From an uncultured Methanosarcinales archaeon (GTDB lineage Archaea > Nanobdellota > Nanobdellia > Woesearchaeales > ARS49), in contig CAYGYR010000001.1 in NCBI GenBank assembly GCA_964354285.1, forward strand, positions 262,424 to 326,423: 64,000 nucleotides of DNA, in the 5' to 3' direction. The notes beneath the pieces were generated by a model. The model saw only the letters and a program-made list of their open reading frames with translations. It was not told the origin of the DNA and did not search any database. How positions within the stretch are numbered: position 1 is the stretch's first letter; each line of letters begins with the position of its first letter. The position numbers and the translations under genes were made by a program. Of the stretch, positions 56,354-64,000 are shown piece after piece.

Positions 56354-57826
56354 ATGCTCGAGCCACAGCAGAAAAAAAAAGAAATAGTATCATTTTTGTT
56401 AAAGAAAAAGGTACTTGTAACTCCATCTTTTCTTACAAAACTAGAAGACCTGGCAAGACTGGAGCAGCTGTATGCGCAATTGAGCCAGCCAAACGCAGAA
56501 CAGCTGCTTGCCGCTGAAGCAATCAACAGCAGTGCAGCTGACGGCGGCGAGCAAAAAAGCCAGTATCAGGTAAAAGTCCTGTGGGATTATAAAGAAAAAG
56601 AGAAAAAGCGCACAATGCAGGATTTCGTAAATTATTTTAATGCACGATATAAGCTGCTGGAAAAAATGCTGTCCGGCAGGCCAGAGCTTGAAAGCCTGAC
56701 ATCAATCGGAAGATTGGCAAATAAAAAAGACAGGGAAGCAGTGTCAGTCATAGGCATGGTCGGAAGCAGTCAGGTAACAGTCAACGGCAACATAATCATG
56801 AAAGTGGAAGATGCCACAGGGGAGATAAGCGTCTTCTTCAGCAAAAACAAGCAAGAGCTTTTTGAATCTGCAAAAGATGTAATGCTTGATGAAGTTATAG
56901 GCGTAACAGGGACAAGCGGCGACAAAATAATTTTTGCAAACAGCTTCGTTATTCCTGACATACCCATACAAACTGAACTGAAAAAAGCAAATGATGAAAC
57001 GTATGTGGCAATCCTGTCTGACACCCACGTTGGCTCATCATTCTTTCTTGAAGATGCATTTAGCAAATTCTTGAAGTGGATAAGGTGCGAGATAGGCAGT
57101 GACGAGCAGAAAGCAGTGGCGCAGAAGACGAAATACATCTTCATCCTAGGAGACCTAGTTGACGGTGTTGGCGTTTATCCTGGCATGGAACACGACCTTA
57201 AGGTGCTTGACGTCCGGGAGCAGTATAAGAAGTGTGCAGAGCTGCTGAAACAGATACCTGCGCATATTAAAATAATAATCTGCCCAGGAAACCACGATGT
57301 AGGCAGGATATCAGAACCGCAGTTAAAGCTATCTGAAGATTATGCAAAACCGATGTATGAGATTCCAAATGCCATAATGACATGCAACCCCGCTTTCGTA
57401 AACGTGCACGCCTCACAAGATTTTCCGGGGTTTAACTTTTTATTGTACCACGGCTATTCCTATGACTTCTATGCAGAAAATGTTCCATCAATTAAAAACA
57501 GCGGAAGGCACCTCTCAGACAGGACAGGCCTGATCATGAAATACATGCTCCAAAGAAGGCACCTTGCCCCAACGCACGCGACAACACTTTATATTCCTGA
57601 TGCGAAAACAGATCCATTAGTAATAGAAACAGTGCCTGACTTTTTTATTTCAGGCCATTTGCACAAATCTGTTGTCGCAACATACAGGGGCGTTACAATA
57701 ATCTGCGGGAGCTGCTGGCAGTCTCAGACCCCATTCCAGGAAAAAGTCGGGCATGTTGCAGAGCCAGGCAAAGTCCCCTTGATCAACCTAAAAACAAGAG
57801 AAGTAAAGCTAATGAATTTTGTGTGA
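56354..57826 (+). CDS. dp1: DNA polymerase II (PolD) small subunit DP1.
   Basis: It has a calcineurin-like phosphoesterase domain (ILGDLVDGVGVYPG; ICPGNHD) and an OB fold. Confidence 0.9.
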   Translation: MLEPQQKKKEIVSFLLKKKVLVTPSFLTKLEDLARLEQLYAQLSQPNAEQLLAAEAINSSAADGGEQKSQYQVKVLWDYKEKEKKRTMQDFVNYFNARYKLLEKMLSGRPELESLTSIGRLANKKDREAVSVIGMVGSSQVTVNGNIIMKVEDATGEISVFFSKNKQELFESAKDVMLDEVIGVTGTSGDKIIFANSFVIPDIPIQTELKKANDETYVAILSDTHVGSSFFLEDAFSKFLKWIRCEIGSDEQKAVAQKTKYIFILGDLVDGVGVYPGMEHDLKVLDVREQYKKCAELLKQIPAHIKIIICPGNHDVGRISEPQLKLSEDYAKPMYEIPNAIMTCNPAFVNVHASQDFPGFNFLLYHGYSYDFYAENVPSIKNSGRHLSDRTGLIMKYMLQRRHLAPTHATTLYIPDAKTDPLVIETVPDFFISGHLHKSVVATYRGVTIICGSCWQSQTPFQEKVGHVAEPGKVPLINLKTREVKLMNFV

Positions 57827-60800
57827 GAACATGATAGCAAGCCCAGAAATGCAACAGTACTTCAACCACATCAAGAGAAATGTCACTGCGTTATTCGGGC
57901 TTGCAACAAAAGCAAGAAAAAAAGGATATGATCCAGAGCAAAAAGTTGAGATAAGCCTCGCAGAGAACATGGCAGAGAGGGTTGTTGGCCTTATTTCTAT
58001 CATCGCTCCACAGCTAGTCAACAGCGGCGTAGTTGAAAGAATCATAGAGCTGGAAAAACAATACGGAGCCCTGGACTGGAGGGTTGCCCTGAAGATAGCA
58101 GAGGAGCTTGCGCAGGAGAAATTCTGCAAGTTCAAGGACCAAAAAGAGGCAATAAGCGTCGGCATAAGAGCAGGGTTTGCGTATGTAACGGTCGGCGTTG
58201 TTTCTTCACCGCTTGAGGGAATTGCAACAATTGACTTCAAGAAAAGAATGGATGGCCGCGGGGAGTACATGAGCCTCAGCTATGCAGGCCCAATACGAAA
58301 TGCAGGCGGAACAGCAGCAGCAGTCTCTATGCTTATCGCGGATTATATCAGAAAAAAATTCAAGTATGATGTCTATGACGCGCAAGAGATTGAAATCAAA
58401 AGAACATACACTGAAATGCAGGATTACAGGGACAGAGTTGCTCCGAGACAGTACTTTCCGGCTTATGGGGAAATAGAATTTATCATGAAAAACATCCCCA
58501 TAGAGGTTGCAGGAGAGCCCTCTGAAAAATTTGATGTATCAAACTACAAAGACCTTCCAAGAGTCCCAACAAACAAGATAAGAAGCGGGTTCTGCCTGAT
58601 GATGACAGAATGCATCCCTCTAAAGGCACCGAAGCTGTGGAAGCAGCTAAGCAAATGGGGAAAAGACATGGACATGGAGCAGTGGAATTTCCTTGATGAA
58701 TTCCTGAAGATACAGAAAGAAGCCAAGGCAAAAGGAGAGGGCCAAAAAACAGAACAAAAATCAGGTGAAAAAATAAAGCCTGACTACAGCTTTATCCACG
58801 ACATCGTTGCAGGGAGGCCAGTATTCACGCACCCTCTCAGGGCAGGAGGATTCAGGTTAAGATACGGCAGGTGCAGAACATCAGGATATTCTTCTTGCGC
58901 AGTGCATCCTGCAACAATGGCTGTAACAAACGAATACCTTGCAACAGGAACCCAGCTAAAACTTGAAAGGCCAATGAAGGGAACCGCAATAACATCCTGC
59001 AACACAATCGAGGGGCCGATAGTCAAGCTGAATGACGGGTCTGTTATCTTGCTTGAGAGCAGGCAGAAAGCAAAAGAGTGCGTCAATGACATAAAAGAGA
59101 TTCTTTTCTTAGGGGATCTTCTTGTCAATTATGGGGATTTCCTCGACAGGGCGTACATCCTCGTTCCAGCAGGGTACTGCCAGGAGTGGTGGATACAAGA
59201 GCTAGAGAAAGCAACTGTCGGCCTTTTCGGAACAATAGATTTTGAAAAACTTTCAGAACACACAGAGATACCTGCGAAGATACTGGAAACCTTATTTGAG
59301 AACCCGCTTGCAACAAAAATCAGCGCAACCTATGCAATAAGCATCTCAAAAAAACTCTCAATACCCCTGCACCCAAGCTATACATACCACTGGAAGACCA
59401 TTTCAGTCGAGCAGCTAAAAGACCTTGTAGATTGGTTCAGCAAGCTAAGCATTACAAAAGATAAGAATAATGAAATTGAAAAGATGATACTTCCGCTTGA
59501 GGAAAAGCCAAAAAGAGTGCTTGAATTGCTCGGGGTTCCGCACCAAGTTGCCACGAATGAATTCGTGATACTCGATAAAAATAGTTCATACGGGCTCATC
59601 GCAACACTTGATCTGGACAACAAAGAAATCGCTGATATCAAACAAGTCATTGAGCTGAACAACGGCAAAAATGCCCTTGACATAATCAACGCAATATCAA
59701 AAATAAAGGTGCGGGACAAGTCAGGAACCTTTATTGGCTCAAGAATGGGCAGGCCTGAGAAAGCAAAGATGAGAAAGTTAACAGGGAGCCCGCAAGTTCT
59801 TTTTCCAGTCGGAGAACAAGGGGGAAAATTCAGGTGCTTCCAGAGCGCCCTTGAAACAGGAGCAATAAATGCAGACTTCCCAAAATATTACTGCTCAAAG
59901 TGCAAGAAAGAAACAATCTTTGGCGCGTGCGAAGAGTGCGGGCATATAACATCACGCCAGCATTACTGCAAGACCTGTAAGCAATGGATGCCTGAACCGA
60001 CGTGCAAGGCCCATGGTGAATGCCAGGGGTATGAAAAAAGAAATATTGACATAAAGAAATACTTTGAATACTGCCTCGGAAAACTCGGAATGAAGACATA
60101 TCCTGACTTGATAAAAGGCGTGAGGGGAACAAGCAACAAAGACCATACCCCAGAATACCTTGCAAAAGGAATACTCAGAGCAAAACATAGCGTATGCGTG
60201 AACAAGGACGGCACAGTAAGGTATGATATGACCCAGCTGCCCATAACACACTTCAAGCCAGTCGAGATCGGAACGCCTGTTGAAAAGCTAAAAGAACTCG
60301 GCTACGCAAAAGACATCCACGGAAAGGAGATTGCAGACGAAAATCAGGTGCTTGAGATACTTCCGCAAGACATAATACTTCCAAACTGCGATCAGTCCCC
60401 TGATGAAGGCGCAGGCGCAGTGCTCTGCAGAGTTGCAAATTTGATTGATGACATGCTCGTCAGCCTTTACGGCCTTCCGCCATTCTATAAGCTCAAAAGC
60501 GAAAACGACCTTGTTGGCAATCTTGTTGTCGTCCTTGCTCCACACACCTCTGCAGGAATGGCAGGAAGAATCATCGGCTTTTCAAAAACACAAGGATTAT
60601 TTGCGCACCCATATATCCACGCCGCAACAAGAAGGGATTGTGACGGTGACGAGGCATGCGTCATACTCATGCTCGATGCCTTCCTTAACTTCTCACGAAG
60701 ATACCTTCCGAACACGAGAGGAGCGACCATGGACGCGCCGCTCGTTTTAACATCGGTGCTGCTTCCTGCAGAAGTAGACGACATGGCATTCCACCTGGAT

Positions 60801-61385
60801 ATTGTGTGGAGGTACCCGCTGCAGTTTTACGAGGCAGCGCTTGAGTTCAAAAATCCGTGGGATATCAAAGTAAAAACAATTACAGATGTTCTCAACACCC
60901 CAGAGCAATACCAAGGAATGGGCTTCACCCATGACTTTGACAATATGAACAACACAGTAAGATGCTCTGCATACAAAACTCTGCCCAGCATGGATGAGAA
61001 GCTCCAGGGGCAGATGCTTCTTGCAGAAAGGATAAGGGCAGTTGATACTAGTGATGTCGCAAGGCTAGTGATAGAGAAGCATTTCCTTAAAGACACAAAA
61101 GGAAACCTGAGAAAATTCTCGATGCAGTCCTTCCGCTGTGTGAATTGCAATGAAATCTTTAGGCGGCCTCCGCTTGTTGGGAAATGCACAAAATGCAACG
61201 GAAAAATAATATTCACGATATCAGAAGGATGCATAATTAAATATCTCGAATCAACTGTAAAGCTTGCAAAGAAATACAATGTCTCACCGTATTTGCAGCA
61301 AAGCATAGAGCTTCTTCAGAAAAGGATAGAAGGCGTTTTTGGCAAGGAAAAAGAAAAACAGGCAGGACTATCAACTTTCATGTAA
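57819..61385 (+). CDS. dp2: DNA polymerase II (PolD) large subunit DP2. It overlaps dp1 by 8 nt.
   Basis: It is 1188 aa with a catalytic RRDCDGDEA motif and zinc-binding Cys clusters. No intein is apparent. Confidence 0.9.
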   Translation: MCENMIASPEMQQYFNHIKRNVTALFGLATKARKKGYDPEQKVEISLAENMAERVVGLISIIAPQLVNSGVVERIIELEKQYGALDWRVALKIAEELAQEKFCKFKDQKEAISVGIRAGFAYVTVGVVSSPLEGIATIDFKKRMDGRGEYMSLSYAGPIRNAGGTAAAVSMLIADYIRKKFKYDVYDAQEIEIKRTYTEMQDYRDRVAPRQYFPAYGEIEFIMKNIPIEVAGEPSEKFDVSNYKDLPRVPTNKIRSGFCLMMTECIPLKAPKLWKQLSKWGKDMDMEQWNFLDEFLKIQKEAKAKGEGQKTEQKSGEKIKPDYSFIHDIVAGRPVFTHPLRAGGFRLRYGRCRTSGYSSCAVHPATMAVTNEYLATGTQLKLERPMKGTAITSCNTIEGPIVKLNDGSVILLESRQKAKECVNDIKEILFLGDLLVNYGDFLDRAYILVPAGYCQEWWIQELEKATVGLFGTIDFEKLSEHTEIPAKILETLFENPLATKISATYAISISKKLSIPLHPSYTYHWKTISVEQLKDLVDWFSKLSITKDKNNEIEKMILPLEEKPKRVLELLGVPHQVATNEFVILDKNSSYGLIATLDLDNKEIADIKQVIELNNGKNALDIINAISKIKVRDKSGTFIGSRMGRPEKAKMRKLTGSPQVLFPVGEQGGKFRCFQSALETGAINADFPKYYCSKCKKETIFGACEECGHITSRQHYCKTCKQWMPEPTCKAHGECQGYEKRNIDIKKYFEYCLGKLGMKTYPDLIKGVRGTSNKDHTPEYLAKGILRAKHSVCVNKDGTVRYDMTQLPITHFKPVEIGTPVEKLKELGYAKDIHGKEIADENQVLEILPQDIILPNCDQSPDEGAGAVLCRVANLIDDMLVSLYGLPPFYKLKSENDLVGNLVVVLAPHTSAGMAGRIIGFSKTQGLFAHPYIHAATRRDCDGDEACVILMLDAFLNFSRRYLPNTRGATMDAPLVLTSVLLPAEVDDMAFHLDIVWRYPLQFYEAALEFKNPWDIKVKTITDVLNTPEQYQGMGFTHDFDNMNNTVRCSAYKTLPSMDEKLQGQMLLAERIRAVDTSDVARLVIEKHFLKDTKGNLRKFSMQSFRCVNCNEIFRRPPLVGKCTKCNGKIIFTISEGCIIKYLESTVKLAKKYNVSPYLQQSIELLQKRIEGVFGKEKEKQAGLSTFM

Positions 61386-61447
61386 GATCGCTGCCTGTGC
61401 ATGCGGAATTTTATTAATCGCTTACGAGTATTAACTATACTTTTGCC

Positions 61448-61855
61448 TTAAATCTTGCTTTTTACTGATTTTTTGGCACCACACGCAGTGCATTTAAGAA
61501 ATGTAAATTCTCCTTCCTTAACAAGCTCTGTATCAGGCTTTCCACACTCATAACAGAGTACAAACTCATACGCATATTGCTTTATTTTCTCGTTAATTCT
61601 TGATGCATTAATCTTTGATCCAATAACGAGCAAATCCCTTCTTACCTCGCCAGGTGCCGCAAGCTCTCGCAAGATATATTTTAGCAAATGCTCAGGCTGC
61701 CTTCTTAGCGTGCTTGCAATCTGCAAAAAGTTGCTTATGACTGTTTTATTGCCTTCCAGATGCCCCTTAACTTTGGGTATCTCAAAGCGCTCCTTCTCAA
61801 AAACAGCTTCTGGCATGTGCTGCCTTGCACGCTTGAGCATTTCTTGATATTCCAT
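61448..61855 (-). CDS. Translation initiation factor aIF2 beta subunit.
   Basis: It has a C4 zinc ribbon CYECGKPDT...CTACGAKK and an eIF2beta/eIF5 core. Confidence 0.8.
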   Translation of the reverse strand: MEYQEMLKRARQHMPEAVFEKERFEIPKVKGHLEGNKTVISNFLQIASTLRRQPEHLLKYILRELAAPGEVRRDLLVIGSKINASRINEKIKQYAYEFVLCYECGKPDTELVKEGEFTFLKCTACGAKKSVKSKI

Positions 61856-61971
61856 TTTATTAAAAATATTGCTGGCTTGTTTATAAAATTAATGCTTTTA
61901 GGCGCTTTTTAGCGCATCAGCAAGGTTTTCAGCAAAAAGTATTTATACCCATTTTAAAAACAATCGAAACA

Positions 61972-62820
61972 ATGGTACTTGAAGCAATACTGAATCCATT
62001 TACAGCATCCAAGAGACCGTGGGAAACATTCATCATAGGCATAGTTTACAGCTCAGCTGCCCTGTTTCTCAGCCTATGGATATTTGAGGAATATGCAAGC
62101 CTCGTGATGGTATTCCTCACAGTTATGGCGTGCATTCCCTTATTTTACCAAACCATGATTGCAGAGGAAGAAAAAGATGATGTTATTGACTCAGAGAGGC
62201 AGCTGCTTAAGGAACACAGCAAAGCAGTGATATTTTTGATGGTTTTATTCCTGGGAATAACTGTTGCATTTTCCTTCTGGTATACCTTCCTTCCATCAGA
62301 CCTATCCAACAATGTTTTCAAGGTGCAGACGCAAACAATTGCAAGCTTGAACCAGCAGGTGACTGCATCTGTGGCGAGACTAAACTTATTGAATAAAATA
62401 TTCCTTAATAACATAAAAGTCCTGATTTTCTGCATACTTTTCTCAGTTATCTATGGCTTTGGCGCCATGTTTATCCTCGCATGGAATGCATCCGTCATAG
62501 GCGCGGCAGCAGGCAACTTCATAAGAACACATCTTGCAAGCTATGCGGAAGCCACAGGCGTTTATAGAATCGCATCTTATTTCCATGCGACAGCTCTCAG
62601 CATCCTGCGTTATGCCATACACGGCATCCCTGAGATACTCGCATACATAATTGCAGGGCTTGCAGGGGGAATACTTTCTGTTGCAATCGTGAAACATGAG
62701 TTTGGCACAAAGAATTTTGAGAGAATACTTCTTGATGCCTCTGACCTAATCTTGCTATCTGTATTTGTGCTTTTTATCGCGGCAATCCTGGAAGTTTTTA
62801 TAACGCCTTTGTTCTTTTAG
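61972..62820 (+). CDS. Polytopic membrane protein, SpoIIM/DUF95-like.
   Basis: It has multiple TM helices. The conserved HGIPEILAYIIAGLAGG motif near the C-terminus is typical of the DUF95/SpoIIM family. Confidence 0.45.
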   Translation: MVLEAILNPFTASKRPWETFIIGIVYSSAALFLSLWIFEEYASLVMVFLTVMACIPLFYQTMIAEEEKDDVIDSERQLLKEHSKAVIFLMVLFLGITVAFSFWYTFLPSDLSNNVFKVQTQTIASLNQQVTASVARLNLLNKIFLNNIKVLIFCILFSVIYGFGAMFILAWNASVIGAAAGNFIRTHLASYAEATGVYRIASYFHATALSILRYAIHGIPEILAYIIAGLAGGILSVAIVKHEFGTKNFERILLDASDLILLSVFVLFIAAILEVFITPLFF

Positions 62821-62825
62821 TCATA

Positions 62826-62932
62826 AAAAATTGTGCGGGTTTATGTCAGAAACCCGCGGTTTCTGAGCACATTAGAAATGCTTTGCATTTCAAATGATAC
62901 TCCTTACGTTAGTGCGCAATTTTTTTTTAATC
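62826..62932 (+). terminator. Two mutually exclusive hairpins (gcgggttt/aaacccgc and tcagaaacc/ggtttctga) followed by a T9 tract. This is a probable terminator downstream of 61972..62820.
   Basis: I read the hairpins and the oligo-T directly from the sequence. Confidence 0.35.
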
Positions 62933-62986
62933 CCGCAGACTCACTGACTGTACTGCGAGCTTTTAATATCCTTCAGCAAGTCTGCG

Positions 62987-63652
62987 TCACTCAAGAACCT
63001 TAAGTTTTCCCGGGCTTACCTCAAAAACCTCTCCATTCTTCAAAAGATTCAAAAGCGTTTTTTCAGCGTTCTCAACGCCCGCCTTTGAAACAACAGCCTC
63101 GTAATCTGCCCCAGAACCAACATCGAGGCTCCTTATCTGGTCAAGAATTTTCTTTGCAGAGCCGTCATCATCAACAAAATCTTCTGCAATGCTTTCCTTT
63201 TCGGCACTAGCTTTTATTTCAGGCTCAAATGCCTGCTCTGCAACTGGCTGCTTGTTCAGCTCTAAAGCCCTTAACTCTACCCAGTGCATATCTGCCACAG
63301 GCTTGATGATTTCCGGAAGGACATAAATCTCGCGGCCGTACTCACGGGGCTTTCCTATCGCAAAAACAACATCTCCAACCTGCCTGGCATCAAGCATTAT
63401 GTTTTGCTCAAAAGAGCGCACAGAGAGCTTTGCTGTCCCGTCATCTATGTAAATACTTTTGTATCCAGTGTCCAAGTTAACTGAAACAACTGTGCCAAGA
63501 ATGTTAACCCTTGAGACTTTTCGCCCGTCTTTCAGCAGGACATAATTTGGCCGCATGCCTTCTTCTTTGATGTACTGCCCGTTAATCAAATCAGAGACTC
63601 TTAGCTTTACAGCAACTTCTCGTTTGAACTGCTGTTTCTGTTCCATAAACAC
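62987..63652 (-). CDS. OB-fold protein with a C-terminal winged helix, RPA32/Stn1-like organisation.
   Basis: The OB-like core is VSRVNILGTVVSV...IDDGTAKLSVRSF...VVFAIGKPREYGREIYVLPEII. An acidic linker is followed by a wHTH-like C-terminus. Confidence 0.45.
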   Translation of the reverse strand: MFMEQKQQFKREVAVKLRVSDLINGQYIKEEGMRPNYVLLKDGRKVSRVNILGTVVSVNLDTGYKSIYIDDGTAKLSVRSFEQNIMLDARQVGDVVFAIGKPREYGREIYVLPEIIKPVADMHWVELRALELNKQPVAEQAFEPEIKASAEKESIAEDFVDDDGSAKKILDQIRSLDVGSGADYEAVVSKAGVENAEKTLLNLLKNGEVFEVSPGKLKVLE

Positions 63653-63739
63653 CCCCTCTGCAGGAGTTTTGACAAGAACATTTATATACTTTTGTATTCT
63701 TTAATAAACACAATAATATTTCCAGGGTTGGCAAAAAAG

Positions 63740-64000
63740 ATGGTGAGGGAAAGCTTAACAGAATACATAACCAGGCTTCTGAAAGCAGGCTATGCTCCTG
63801 GCGTCATAAGAAACACGCTACTTAACGCAGGATACTCCCCGCAGGAGATTAATATGGCGATGGAGTACACGCAATCAACAGCAACCTCCAGGCAAAAAAC
63901 AGTGTCCATTACAGGCAAGACCTTAATTATTGCAATAAGCGCATTAATACTATTAATTCTGCTGGTCATAGGCGGAATCATTCTACTGTCGCCCAAGCCA
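63740..64000 (+). CDS. Partial ORF that runs off the window end. It has a soluble N-terminal domain and then a TM helix, function unknown.
   Basis: MVRESLTEYITRLLKAGYAPGVIRNTLLNAGYSPQEINMAMEY...TLIIAISALILLILLVIGGIILL is open to the window end. Confidence 0.35.
   Translation, partial: MVRESLTEYITRLLKAGYAPGVIRNTLLNAGYSPQEINMAMEYTQSTATSRQKTVSITGKTLIIAISALILLILLVIGGIILLSPKP

Noticed and set aside
1-64000. tRNA, rRNA, CRISPR, transposase, integrase and toxin-antitoxin genes.
   Set aside because: I found no cloverleaf-compatible sequence with a GTTCRANYC T-loop. I found no repeat-spacer arrays. No ORFs carry DDE, tyrosine-recombinase or serine-recombinase signatures. I therefore call none of these.

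Overview
This 64-kb window reads as a gene-dense chromosomal segment from an archaeon, probably one with a small genome. The evidence for archaeon is the gene content: PolD DP1/DP2, Orc1/Cdc6, an archaeal histone, PAN, Hjc, TFE, EndA, aIF2-beta, RNase P Rpp30 and an archaeal-type TyrRS. Start/stop overlaps of the ATGA type are frequent. I found no tRNA or rRNA genes, CRISPR arrays, transposases or integrases. About half of the window is ordinary information-processing and housekeeping genes. These include phenylalanyl-tRNA synthetase alpha and beta, an iscS-iscU module, ribosomal proteins L34e and L14e, RFC small subunit, FEN-1, RNase Z, Trm5 and pelota. There is also a replication module ordered candidate oriC, then cdc6, then polD small and large subunits. 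The other half is accessory and surface-related, in three parts. First, a ~12.5-kb minus-strand operon-like cluster (9977-22526) encodes three small proteins with pilin-like N-termini, a 1623-aa cysteine-rich giant adhesin-like protein, a cadherin-like protein, an N-glycosylation-rich cysteine protein and a 908-aa LamG-domain protein. The giant protein carries thrombospondin-type-3-like Ca-binding motifs, a single TM anchor and a lysine/glutamate-rich cytoplasmic tail. Second, a left-hand cluster (1-6116) has two tandem pilins with identical class-III-like N-termini, two membrane proteins and a giant ORF of at least 1393 aa. That ORF runs off the window edge, so it is absent from the supplied ORF track. 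Third, a plus-strand cluster (34956-40530) holds four paralogous surface proteins, three with lipobox-like cysteines, that share a C-terminal YGY/YDY domain. Other notable points are an AT-rich candidate origin upstream of cdc6, a run of five perfect hairpins between iscS and rpl34e, an L14e with a histone-H1-like K/A tail, a ThiI-like protein with a degenerate PP-loop, an orphan Cas4-like nuclease and a small TIR/flavodoxin-like protein. All calls come from reading the sequence and from remembered family motifs. No database searches were run.
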